From an uncultured Candidatus Saccharibacteria bacterium (GTDB taxonomy: Bacteria; Patescibacteriota; UBA1384; 2-12-FULL-50-11), in the NCBI GenBank assembly GCA_964599405.1, contig CAZRED010000001.1:11528-75527 (forward strand): a stretch of 64,000 nucleotides of DNA, written 5' to 3'. Below the pieces are notes generated by a model. That model ran no database searches. It was not told the origin of the DNA and saw nothing but the letters and a program-made list of their open reading frames with translations. Positions 1 to 8,865 of this stretch are shown here, one piece after another. The translations under genes and the position numbers were made by a program. Position 1 is the first letter of the stretch; the number at the start of each line of letters is the position of its first letter.

Positions 1-39
1 TGCTAAACTTCACCAAAACCGTTACAATCGAGATACTTC

Positions 40-426
40 ATGACAAAAAACGACGCCTTACCGTTTCCGAACATCCTGCTAATTGACTGCGCCGAGCGGC
101 AACACAGTGCGATCGCCTTACTGCAGGTAAGGCAAAGGCCGCTAGTTGACGAGCGGGATGTCCAAGCCCAAGAGTTGCCAAAGATGATTGAAGAACTTCT
201 GGCCGCCGCGAAAATCCTGCCGGCCCAGCTAAAAGGGGTTGCCCTAGTGAAACGCGACGGTTCGGTAACGGCTATTCGCATCGGCACGGCTACAGCCAAC
301 ACCCTGGCCTGGCTGGAACGATTGCCGATTCTGGAAGTAGAAGCCGAATCAATCAACGAGGCAATTAAGCTTTTGCAGGCCGGCCGATACAGCGCCGCCG
401 TCAAAACCAGCTTGCCCGGCGCCTAA
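40..426 (+). CDS. tsaB: tRNA threonylcarbamoyladenosine biosynthesis protein TsaB-like (short, inactive Kae1/YeaZ homolog)
   Basis: N-terminal LLIDCA...GSVTAIRIGTATANTLAW resembles YeaZ/TsaB actin-like fold; only 128 aa so possibly truncated form. Confidence 0.55.
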   Translation: MTKNDALPFPNILLIDCAERQHSAIALLQVRQRPLVDERDVQAQELPKMIEELLAAAKILPAQLKGVALVKRDGSVTAIRIGTATANTLAWLERLPILEVEAESINEAIKLLQAGRYSAAVKTSLPGA

Positions 427-463
427 ACGCCCTACTTACCTAGCCTGCAGTTGTTGTGTTAAA

Positions 464-1837
464 GTGGTGAAGCGAATGCTATTTCGAAAAACATCACTAT
501 ACGACCGGCCAATTACCCAAATTAAGCCAAGACGCAGTAAAAATCTGCGCATCTTTTTTTGGATACTGGCTCTAATCGTCGTTGGGGTTGTCAGCTGGAT
601 CGGCGTTACTGGAATTGTTGCCTTCAACAACATTACTGACAAAAACGACTCTGATGACCCGTCCTTTTTCAAGTTCGGTGACGAAGTTAATCCGGACAAT
701 CTCAAAGAAGGCGAAACCAGGATTAATGTTTTGTTGATAGGTTTGGCCGATCAGGGTGGTACAGACACAATTCAGATAGCTTCGATTGACCCCTTCAACA
801 AACAGATGTCACTGCTCTCGGTCCCACGCGACCTACACGTGAAGAGTCCTTTGGGCGGCAATTCTAGGATAAACGCAGTCTACGGTGAAGGTATTACCAA
901 GTGTAATCAAACTAGAGTCTGTGACAAAAGTGTTAATGCCGGTGCCGCCGCCCTTAAATCTACCTTACGAGAAGTGCTGGGTACCGACATCCACTACTAT
1001 GCCTTTGTAGATTTTGAAGGATTCAAAGATGTCGTTGACGCAATCGGTGGTGTTAGTATCTACGTTGAAAAGGCGCTCAGTGACCCCGATTACCCTTGCG
1101 ATAACGATCCCCTTAAGATCTGTGGCTACTCGCAGAAAGCCGGGACGGTGACAATGAGCGGTACCCAAGCACTCAAATACGCCCGTTGCCGCGGTGGCAC
1201 CTGCGGCAGTGATTTCGGCCGTTCCCAGCGCCAACAGCAGGTAATTGAGGCGATTCGCCAGAAAACCTTGAGCTTAGGCGTTCTGAGTAACCCGAAAAAA
1301 ATTACTGATTTAATGACAGCGTTGGGCAATCACTTCAAAACCGATATGAAGTTGGACGAGATGCTTAAAACCTTTGAGCTCGTCCAAGCCGTTGATAAGA
1401 CCAAAACCGTTACCGCAACTTTAGATACGAGCGCTGAAGGACCTCTTAAGGTTCTTAGTAGCAACCCATATTTAATCACCCCTAAGGCAGGCCAAAACGA
1501 TTGGAGCGGCGTTCACGACTTTGTTTTGTCGGCGATGCCGGAGCCGTATGTGATTAAAGAAGCCGCCAAGGTGCTTATAGTTGACGCTTCCGGTAAAAAG
1601 TCCGCTGCGGCGCTGGAAAAGAAGCTAACCGCCCTGGGTTACAATATTGTTGGCAGCGAAACGGCCACAATTGTTCAAACCGCCACCAGCCTGTGGGGCA
1701 ATAAAGATATGAAGTATACCTTGGCACTGCTGAAAAAACGTTTCAGTGCTAATCTCACCAACAACAAACCGACTGCTACCTCTATCCAGCCAGCCGATAT
1801 CATCTTGGTAATTGGCAGCAATTACTCTACAAAGTAG
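464..1837 (+). CDS. LytR-CpsA-Psr (LCP) family cell-envelope polymer transferase
   Basis: N-terminal TM then LCP core motifs (INVLLIGLADQGG...DTIQIASID...SVPRDLHV...INAVYGEG...HYYAFVDFEGFKDVVDAIGGV) and C-terminal LytR_C-like region. Confidence 0.8.
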   Translation: MVKRMLFRKTSLYDRPITQIKPRRSKNLRIFFWILALIVVGVVSWIGVTGIVAFNNITDKNDSDDPSFFKFGDEVNPDNLKEGETRINVLLIGLADQGGTDTIQIASIDPFNKQMSLLSVPRDLHVKSPLGGNSRINAVYGEGITKCNQTRVCDKSVNAGAAALKSTLREVLGTDIHYYAFVDFEGFKDVVDAIGGVSIYVEKALSDPDYPCDNDPLKICGYSQKAGTVTMSGTQALKYARCRGGTCGSDFGRSQRQQQVIEAIRQKTLSLGVLSNPKKITDLMTALGNHFKTDMKLDEMLKTFELVQAVDKTKTVTATLDTSAEGPLKVLSSNPYLITPKAGQNDWSGVHDFVLSAMPEPYVIKEAAKVLIVDASGKKSAAALEKKLTALGYNIVGSETATIVQTATSLWGNKDMKYTLALLKKRFSANLTNNKPTATSIQPADIILVIGSNYSTK

Positions 1838-1839
1838 CT

Positions 1840-2412
1840 ATGCGACGACTCCGTTCTCTCCCGCCAGTTGGCCTACTCGCCTGCTGGCTATTAACGTTAG
1901 TTGGTATTGTGGTGATGTGGCGGTTACTACCAACCGGGCTATCGCAGCTGGGAATATTAATTCTAGTGGTTACCTCGTTTTTGTCTGGGATGCGCGGCAA
2001 CATGCTACCAACTATTTATGCTACCGCCCTGCTTGGCCTGTCGTTAATCAATTACACCCAAGCCTCGCTGCAGTGGCCGGCCATCAGCGCCACCGTCGCC
2101 GTTTTTGCGTTAATGTTGTTAATTACTACCGTGAAAAACCGCTTTCACGATGGTCGGGTCGGGCAGCTGGAACAGATCCTCCTCGCCTTCTTTGTTACCC
2201 AGGTAAATAGCATCACTAGCCTCTGGCCAATTTCGTCGTTCAACCGCTCGCTGCTTACCGGCATCGCGTTCTACGTGCTCTGGCACATTTTCGAGGAGCG
2301 CGAGGGCGAGGCCGTCGGATTGGGTAAGCACTTCGTCTTTGCCGTTTTGGCTGCTATCCTGGTGATAGGAAGCATCATATGGGCAAACTTTCCTCAATTA
2401 CTGTCGTTTTAA
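1840..2412 (+). CDS. hypothetical polytopic membrane protein
   Basis: 190 aa, 5-6 hydrophobic helices, no recognisable motif. Confidence 0.45.
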   Translation: MRRLRSLPPVGLLACWLLTLVGIVVMWRLLPTGLSQLGILILVVTSFLSGMRGNMLPTIYATALLGLSLINYTQASLQWPAISATVAVFALMLLITTVKNRFHDGRVGQLEQILLAFFVTQVNSITSLWPISSFNRSLLTGIAFYVLWHIFEEREGEAVGLGKHFVFAVLAAILVIGSIIWANFPQLLSF

Positions 2413-3425
2413 ATTGGCTGCGCGACGCCCTGGCTTTGGCTTGGAAATACCTGAAAATCGGTTTTTCATTTGTTGCTAGTGGCACCAGCCGGATCCGCAA
2501 CTGGCTACGCCTGCACGTGCCGTTTATCGAGGCGGTTGTTCAGCGCCACATTCATAATCCGGCCACAATTTTTATCGATATCGCCGTTTTTGTTCTAGGG
2601 CTATATCTAGTCTTTGGCGTTACCGGCTATATCAACGTCTACAACCAAAAATCCGAGAGTCGGTTTTCCGAAGTATTAATGGGCCTCTACCCTTTGCCGG
2701 CTGCCAAAGTCGATAGCTCTTACGTCTGGAGCCACCGTTTTCTGCAGCGACTGCGGTTTTTGAATACCTTTAATTCCCAAGCGCCGGCCGAGGTGAGAGA
2801 CAAGCTGCCAACGGAAGTCGAACTGCGGGAAAAAATTATGGCCGGACTAATTGAAGATCAAGTCGTGTTATTGGAGGCAACTGAATTGGGGGTGCGAGTA
2901 ACGAAAGAAGAGCTGGACGCCGCCTTTGAAGAGCAGAAAAAGCAGACGGAGAATTTCGAGGCCACTTTGAAAGCCCTTTACGGCATGAGCGCCCAAGAAT
3001 TCAAGCAAGTTATTGCCGAACGAATTTTGAAAGAAAAACTCAAGAGCGTGGTACTGCTGCGGGTGAAAGTTCGCCATATTTTAACCGCCACTGAGGGCGC
3101 CGCCCGGGAGGCGCGGACGAAAATCGAGCAGGGTGGAACGTTTGAGGATGTTGCTAAAGAGTACAGCCAGGATACCCAGACTAAAGAGGTCGGCGGCAAT
3201 TTGGGCTACTGGACCACCGGGGAACTAGCCGCCCAGGTATCGACAAACTTTGAGGAGGTCGCCTTTTCTCTGCCAATTAGCCAATTATCTGACCCCATTC
3301 AAACCAAATTCGGTTTTCACGTTATTCAAATCACCGAGCGTAACGAGGGCGAGCCAAAAACCTACGCTGACTGGTACGCCGAAGTTCAGAAAAACCATAC
3401 CGCCAAAGTATATATTCCCTACTAG
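2379..3425 (+). CDS. membrane-anchored PpiC/parvulin-type peptidyl-prolyl isomerase (PrsA/SurA-like)
   Basis: N-terminal TM; C-terminal parvulin domain (VRHILTATEG...GGNLGYWTTGEL...FGFHVIQITER). Confidence 0.75.
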   Translation: MGKLSSITVVLNWLRDALALAWKYLKIGFSFVASGTSRIRNWLRLHVPFIEAVVQRHIHNPATIFIDIAVFVLGLYLVFGVTGYINVYNQKSESRFSEVLMGLYPLPAAKVDSSYVWSHRFLQRLRFLNTFNSQAPAEVRDKLPTEVELREKIMAGLIEDQVVLLEATELGVRVTKEELDAAFEEQKKQTENFEATLKALYGMSAQEFKQVIAERILKEKLKSVVLLRVKVRHILTATEGAAREARTKIEQGGTFEDVAKEYSQDTQTKEVGGNLGYWTTGELAAQVSTNFEEVAFSLPISQLSDPIQTKFGFHVIQITERNEGEPKTYADWYAEVQKNHTAKVYIPY

Positions 3426-3473
3426 CGCCTTTCTTGAAGGACGAAAAATTGGTAAAATACGGGGGTGCTATAT

Positions 3474-3549
3474 GCGTCCGTAGCTTAGCCTGGTTTAAAG
3501 CGCCTCCCTGTCACGGAGGAGATCGCCGGTTCGAATCCGGTCGGACGCG
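3474..3549 (+). tRNA. tRNA-Asp (GTC)
   Basis: Cloverleaf: acceptor GCGTCCG/CGGACGC, anticodon stem CCTCC/GGAGG, loop CTGTCAC, T-loop GGTTCGAATCC; CCA not encoded. Confidence 0.85.
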
Positions 3550-3591
3550 CAAAATATTGACACCTTTTCCCGTTTCGGCCACGCTGGCCGT

Positions 3592-3747
3592 ATGGAAGAC
3601 CAAAAAGGTTACGGCAGTAATTGGAAGAAGTGGCTGTGGATATATCTGGTAATCGCGGTCGTGCTTTACGGCGGGTATTACTTATACAAGGTAAACCAGA
3701 ACAGCGACAGCTCTGACAGCTCTACTCCTTCAAACAGCCTCTACTAA
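3592..3747 (+). CDS. small membrane protein (51 aa), absent from ORF track
   Basis: ATG at 3592, MEDQKGYGSNWKKWLWIYLVIAVVLYGGYYLYKVNQNSDSSDSSTPSNSLY, single TM helix; fills gap between tRNA-Asp and next gene. Confidence 0.35.
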   Translation: MEDQKGYGSNWKKWLWIYLVIAVVLYGGYYLYKVNQNSDSSDSSTPSNSLY

Positions 3748-3753
3748 ACGAGC

Positions 3754-4431
3754 GTGAGCGAGTTAGCCAACATTAAGGTTAAGCGTTACCGCGCTTCGCG
3801 CAGTATTAAATTACGTGTTAGCGAAGATGGGAGCGTTACTGTCACAGCTCCGCCAAACGTGAGCGAGCGGCAGATCAACAAATTTGTCGAGCAAAATAAA
3901 GATTGGTTGGCCGAAAAGTTGTCGCACGTTCGAGCAAAACAGCAGCATCTGACCGCCGAGCGAGATTTGTTGCCGTTTCGGGGAAAAGATTATCAATTCC
4001 GGTTGGCAATTGCTCCAAAAAAACCCGGCGTTACCTTAGCAGAAAAAACCATCACCGTATCTGCACCGAGCGAAGACGACAAAGCGGTTCGGCAGATACT
4101 AGAGAAGTGGTACAAAACCCAAGCTAAAAATTATTTTGAAACCCGTGTTCCCCTACTGGCCGATCTGGTTAACTACGATGTCCATAACGTTACCATTCGC
4201 TCCCAAAAAACCCGCTGGGGATCGTGTTCCAGCCGCCAAACGATTTCACTCAATTGGCGGCTAATCCTTTGCCCGGATTGGGTCAGCGACTACGTTATTT
4301 ACCACGAACTAGCCCATTTGAAACATATGAACCACTCAAAAGCGTTTTGGAGCTTAACTGCCGATTACTTTCCAAAGTATAAAGAAGCCGAAAAGTGGCT
4401 CAAGCAAAATAGCCAGCTGCTACGCTTCTAG
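3754..4431 (+). CDS. YgjP/DUF45 family (SprT-like) zinc metallohydrolase
   Basis: C-terminal ILCPDWVSDYVIYHELAHLKHMNHSKAFW (HExxH) typical of DUF45/M48-like. Confidence 0.7.
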   Translation: MSELANIKVKRYRASRSIKLRVSEDGSVTVTAPPNVSERQINKFVEQNKDWLAEKLSHVRAKQQHLTAERDLLPFRGKDYQFRLAIAPKKPGVTLAEKTITVSAPSEDDKAVRQILEKWYKTQAKNYFETRVPLLADLVNYDVHNVTIRSQKTRWGSCSSRQTISLNWRLILCPDWVSDYVIYHELAHLKHMNHSKAFWSLTADYFPKYKEAEKWLKQNSQLLRF

Positions 4432-5489
4432 ACGTTAAAAAGAAACTCCACGACATCGCCGTCTTGGACAGTGTAATCTTTGCCTTCGCTGCGCATTTTG
4501 CCAGCTTCTTTGATCGCTTTTTCGCTGCCGAACTTTTCTAAGTCGGAAACGCTGAATACCTGGGCGCGAATAAAGCCCTTTTCAAAATCGGTGTGGATTT
4601 TTCCGGCGGCCTGCGGCGCTTTGGTACCCTTAGAGATAGTCCAAGCGTGGGATTCTGTCGGCCCGGCGGTAAAAAAGGTAATTAAATTCAGCAATTCGTA
4701 GCCGGCTATGATCATTTCGCCCAGCCCACTCTTTAGCCCCAGCCCTTGGCGATATTCCTGCTGATCAGCTTCCGGCAGTTCCACAATTTCCACTTCCGTT
4801 TTTACCGAGATTGCCACTAACGCAGCACTTTCGCTGGCGGCATGCTTTTGGACGGCTGAAATATCACTGTTTTCATCGTCAATATTTGCCACATACATCA
4901 AAGGTTTGGCTGTGAGAAATTGAAAAGTTCGTAACTCCTCCGCCAGCTCTGGCTTTGTGCGTAGCGGCGTATCATCGTTCAATAGTGTGATTACTTGCTC
5001 TAGAGCGGTGCCGATTTTTACAGCTTCTTTTTCGCCTTTTTTAACTTTTTCTTGATTGTTAGCATATGCTTTTTGAGCTTGCTCCAAATCAGCCAACATC
5101 AGTTCGGTATTAATTGTGGCGATATCGCTATCCGGATCAACCTTGCCGTGAACATGAGTGATATTTGGTTCCTGAAAGCAGCGCACTACTTCGGCAATCG
5201 CATCCACCGAACGAATGTGGCTCAAAAATTTATTTCCCAACCCCTCGCCCTGCGCAGCTCCTTTGACTAACCCGGCAATATCAACAAATTTCATTGTGGC
5301 CGGGACAGTTTTAGCTGCAGCGTATGTTTTTGTTAGAAATTCCAAACGCTCATCCGGCACGTCAACAATCCCGACATTTGGCTCGATAGTGGTAAATGGA
5401 AAATTAGACGCTTGCGCGCCAGCTTTGGTTAAGGCATTAAACAACGACGACTTTCCAACGTTTGGGAGTCCGACAATTCCTATTTCCAT
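4428..5489 (-). CDS. ychF: redox-regulated ribosome-binding ATPase YchF
   Basis: GIVGLPNVGKSSLFNALT G1 motif, C-terminal TGS domain; start moved to MEIGIVGLP (ORF track start 5564 is an upstream extension). Confidence 0.9.
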   Translation of the reverse strand: MEIGIVGLPNVGKSSLFNALTKAGAQASNFPFTTIEPNVGIVDVPDERLEFLTKTYAAAKTVPATMKFVDIAGLVKGAAQGEGLGNKFLSHIRSVDAIAEVVRCFQEPNITHVHGKVDPDSDIATINTELMLADLEQAQKAYANNQEKVKKGEKEAVKIGTALEQVITLLNDDTPLRTKPELAEELRTFQFLTAKPLMYVANIDDENSDISAVQKHAASESAALVAISVKTEVEIVELPEADQQEYRQGLGLKSGLGEMIIAGYELLNLITFFTAGPTESHAWTISKGTKAPQAAGKIHTDFEKGFIRAQVFSVSDLEKFGSEKAIKEAGKMRSEGKDYTVQDGDVVEFLFNV

Positions 5490-5823
5490 CAGGAGAGCGG
5501 TTCGCCGCTCGACTGACGAGCAAAATATCTTTGCGACATAGTGTGATTTTACCGGGAAAACCACTTTCTTGACAGTAGGTTATTCAGGCGATATACATAG
5601 CTAGCACACTGACATGTTAATCCAATAGCAACTAGAACATTGCTTAGTGAGCGTATCCCGCTCACTATTGGTGAAGGCCGTGAGATTCGGCCGCTGTGCC
5701 GCAACGGTTTACTTCGAGCGTAGTCGAGAAGTGAAAGCCCGATCCCAGCTGGATATATTTGTTCCGAGCAGAATATTAATTGTTTCCCCGGTTGCTTGGC
5801 GAGGATTTTTTAGAAAGGGTTTC

Positions 5824-6186
5824 ATGAAACAACGCACCAGCTTTTACGTAGTAGCAGCGATTATTTTCATTTTCGGATTATTTTTAATTATTCCGAACGG
5901 CATTATTGGCGAAACTTCCCAAGACAGCAGCCAGGTTAATACTATTAGCTACCAGGGCGTTGAAGGCCAAACGGCGCTAGCTTTGTTGAAGGCTGGACAC
6001 GTTGTTGAGAGCACCACCTACGACTTTGGTGATTTCGTGACGTCAATTGATGGCCAAGCCTCTGACAGCGCCACCAACTTCTGGGCATTTTACGTCAACG
6101 GAACACAATCGACCGTTGGCGCTGGCGACTACATTACCAAAAACGGCGACGTGATTGAGTGGCGGTTGGAAGCGTTTGAGCTGTAA
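5824..6186 (+). CDS. DUF4430 (transcobalamin-like) domain secreted protein
   Basis: N-terminal TM/signal; C-terminal FWAFYVNGTQSTVGAGDYITKNGDVIEWRLEAF matches DUF4430 signature; start chosen at MKQRTSF. Confidence 0.6.
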   Translation: MKQRTSFYVVAAIIFIFGLFLIIPNGIIGETSQDSSQVNTISYQGVEGQTALALLKAGHVVESTTYDFGDFVTSIDGQASDSATNFWAFYVNGTQSTVGAGDYITKNGDVIEWRLEAFEL

Positions 6187-6229
6187 ACTCCCGACTTGAT
6201 ATTTTCCGGCAGTTTGGCACCATGAATAC

Positions 6230-6502
6230 ATGGACGATCAAACCCAGGTAGAAGAACCGGGCAAGGTAATTTACTGGCTACTAGCGGTGTTTGTGATTGT
6301 GGTGATGGTTGGGCTGGCGGTTTTCTACTACGTTAGCGGTACCGATAAGGCTGATACCAACGTTGACGCTACCCAGTCCGAAGTGGCCACCACCACCGAG
6401 GACGACGCCACAATCGATAGCTCAATTAACGAGCTTGATCAGGATTTAAAAGCGATTGATGATGAAATTAACTCCACAGAAGATGACACGACTGATATAT
6501 AG
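6230..6502 (+). CDS. small acidic membrane protein
   Basis: One TM helix then Asp/Glu/Thr-rich tail. Confidence 0.4.
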   Translation: MDDQTQVEEPGKVIYWLLAVFVIVVMVGLAVFYYVSGTDKADTNVDATQSEVATTTEDDATIDSSINELDQDLKAIDDEINSTEDDTTDI

Positions 6503-7226
6503 CTTACTTGCGGCAGCAATATTGCTGCCGGGTTTAGTCCTAGCCCAAAGCAGCAGATTTGATGTAAACACCCAGTTCAAGGCTGATTTGGAGGCCCTAA
6601 AAACCGAAAGGGAAAGCTACCGGGCGTCAAAACTGCAAGAACGCCAAGACATTCAAAAAACCCGAACCCTGGCATTGGCCCAAAAAATGGTTGATGTGCG
6701 AATTCGGGTGTTGGAAGCCCAGAAAAACCGGATCTTGAACGGGCGTTGCAGCAATATTAAAGCGATCGACGTGGCAACTCCGGTTAATGCGGCGATTAAT
6801 AGCCTGTCGGCAGATTTAAAGACATATCTCACCACCATTGAGGCACTCACCGACCTGGCAGCCATCCGCACCGAACTGAAAGAGGCTGTTGACACGACCC
6901 GAGTATTCTCGGTGTTAAACCCGGCAATTTCCGGACTATGTGCTAGTGGGCGGATTCTGGACCGAATTACCGACAAAATAGACCCCGCAGTAGACGAAGC
7001 AAAGGCGGCCGGCACCGATACGACAGCAATTGAGGCGTTGATTGCATCAGCTAAAACCAAAGTTAACGAGGCGGTCGTCTTATTTACTAAAGCCCTGAAC
7101 AAGCCGAGTGCCAGCGACGCTAAAGCCACCATCAAAGCCGGACGTGACAAACTAAAGGCCGCTCACCAGGATTTAGTTAGCGCTGTTCAAGCACTCCGCG
7201 GCGCAGAAACCAAGACACCGCTTTAG
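6483..7226 (+). CDS. secreted coiled-coil protein of unknown function
   Basis: Signal peptide MTRLIYSLLAAAILLPGLVLAQSS then helical Ala/Lys-rich sequence. Confidence 0.45.
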   Translation: MTRLIYSLLAAAILLPGLVLAQSSRFDVNTQFKADLEALKTERESYRASKLQERQDIQKTRTLALAQKMVDVRIRVLEAQKNRILNGRCSNIKAIDVATPVNAAINSLSADLKTYLTTIEALTDLAAIRTELKEAVDTTRVFSVLNPAISGLCASGRILDRITDKIDPAVDEAKAAGTDTTAIEALIASAKTKVNEAVVLFTKALNKPSASDAKATIKAGRDKLKAAHQDLVSAVQALRGAETKTPL

Positions 7227-7675
7227 TTTCCCTGTTTTTTCTGCCGAATTTCTTCACGAAGGGCCTTGTCGATATCCCGTTTTTTCAGGATTTCTCGTTT
7301 GTCTTTTTTGTTTTTACGGCTGGCCAGACCAATTTTTAGCTTAGCCATGCCTTTTTTCAGGTATAGATCGAGCGGTAGCACTGTGTGATTGCCGCTAGCC
7401 AACTTACCAACGATTCGATTAATTTCGGTGCGATGCAGTAACAATTTGCGGGAGCGATCCGGCTCGACAGCAGCGGCGAAGTTGCCGCCCAACCACCAAA
7501 GTTCAGCTTGGCCGTTAGCAATAAATGGTTTGACGTAGCTGCCGTTAATGTTCACTCGGCGTGCCCGAATCGCTTTAATTTCATCGCCATGCAACGCCAA
7601 ACCCGCCTCCCAGTCCTCATGGATCTGGTAGTCGAATTTCCCCCGTTTGTTTTCAGCGATCGGTTTCATCCCCAA
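7223..7675 (-). CDS. smpB: SsrA-binding protein SmpB
   Basis: Whole-length similarity to SmpB (KPIAENKRGKFDY...GLALHGDEIKAIRARRVN...LLLHRTEI). Confidence 0.9.
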   Translation of the reverse strand: MGMKPIAENKRGKFDYQIHEDWEAGLALHGDEIKAIRARRVNINGSYVKPFIANGQAELWWLGGNFAAAVEPDRSRKLLLHRTEINRIVGKLASGNHTVLPLDLYLKKGMAKLKIGLASRKNKKDKREILKKRDIDKALREEIRQKKQGN

Positions 7676-7692
7676 TAGTATAGCTGATACAA

Positions 7693-8838
7693 TTGGTCGA
7701 GATGATTTCTGAACTAATCAAGGAAGAGGAAAAACGTCAGTCCGAAACGATCAACCTAATTGCGTCGGAAAATTACGTCTCGGATGCCGTTCGCGGTGCC
7801 TTGGGCTCAGTTTTAACGAATAAATACGCCGAAGGCTACCCGGAAAAACGCTACTATAGCGGCACGAAAATTGTTGACCAAGTTGAGTTGGCGGTACAGG
7901 AATTAGCCCGGAAAGTTTTCCAAACCGACTACCACGTTAATGTCCAGCCGTACTCCGGCTCCGTCGCCAATTTGGCAATTTATTTATCGTTCATGCAACC
8001 CGGCGACCCGATTATGTCGCTGGACTTGGCCCACGGCGGGCATCTGAGCCACGGCCACAAAGTGAATTTTGTCGGCAAACTCTTTGACCGTTACGCCTAC
8101 TTTGTTGATGCCGATACCCACCTACTCAACTACGAAGAGATTGAAGAAGAAGCTAAAGAAGTAAAACCCAAAATTATCGTCTCCGGCGCCTCCGCCTATT
8201 CGCGCCAAATTGATTTTAAGAGGATTTCCCAAATCGCTCACAACGTCGGGACGCGGCATCTGGCGGACATATCTCATATCTCCGGACTGGTCGCAACGGG
8301 TTTGCACCCAACGCCTTTCGGTAATGCTGACTACGTAATGACCACCACCCACAAGATTCTGCGCGGGCCACGGGGCGCGCTGATTTTTGGCAAACCGGAG
8401 TTTGCCAAAGAAATTGATAAAACGGTTTTTCCGGGGCTGCAAGGCGGGCCACATATGCACACCATTGCCGCTATCGGCGTTTGCCTGGAAGAGGCACTGC
8501 TGCCCAGTTATAAACAATACTGCCAACAGGTTGTTATTAATGCCCAGCTCCTGGCCGCCGAGCTGCAGAAGCTCGGCGTAAGCATTATCACGAGCGGCAC
8601 CGACAACCACCTTTTCTTGATTGACTTGCGCCCATTGAAAATTAGCGGTCAAGACGCCCAGGATCGGTTGGAAGCAGTTGGGGTTACGGTTAATAAAAAT
8701 GCTATTCCATACGACGAAGCGCCTCCACAGAACCCCTCCGGAATTAGGCTTGGCACACCAGCCATCACTACCCGCGGTATGACCGAAAAAGAAATGCCGG
8801 CGTTAGCACAAAAAATTGCCACGGCTTTGAATAAATAG
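7693..8838 (+). CDS. glyA: serine hydroxymethyltransferase
   Basis: LIASENYVS, PLP-lysine region TTTHKILRGPRGALI. Confidence 0.95.
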   Translation: MVEMISELIKEEEKRQSETINLIASENYVSDAVRGALGSVLTNKYAEGYPEKRYYSGTKIVDQVELAVQELARKVFQTDYHVNVQPYSGSVANLAIYLSFMQPGDPIMSLDLAHGGHLSHGHKVNFVGKLFDRYAYFVDADTHLLNYEEIEEEAKEVKPKIIVSGASAYSRQIDFKRISQIAHNVGTRHLADISHISGLVATGLHPTPFGNADYVMTTTHKILRGPRGALIFGKPEFAKEIDKTVFPGLQGGPHMHTIAAIGVCLEEALLPSYKQYCQQVVINAQLLAAELQKLGVSIITSGTDNHLFLIDLRPLKISGQDAQDRLEAVGVTVNKNAIPYDEAPPQNPSGIRLGTPAITTRGMTEKEMPALAQKIATALNK

Positions 8839-8865
8839 TTTCCCCGCCAACCAGGTTGGGCTACA

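Noticed and set aside
3-404. 133-aa minus-strand ORF
   Set aside because: Entirely antisense to the better-supported tsaB-like gene; shadow ORF
8122-8652. 176-aa ORF antisense within glyA, and similar antisense ORFs inside thrS, secA, typA, the HK and the surface protein
   Set aside because: Embedded in strongly supported genes on the opposite strand; no independent signals
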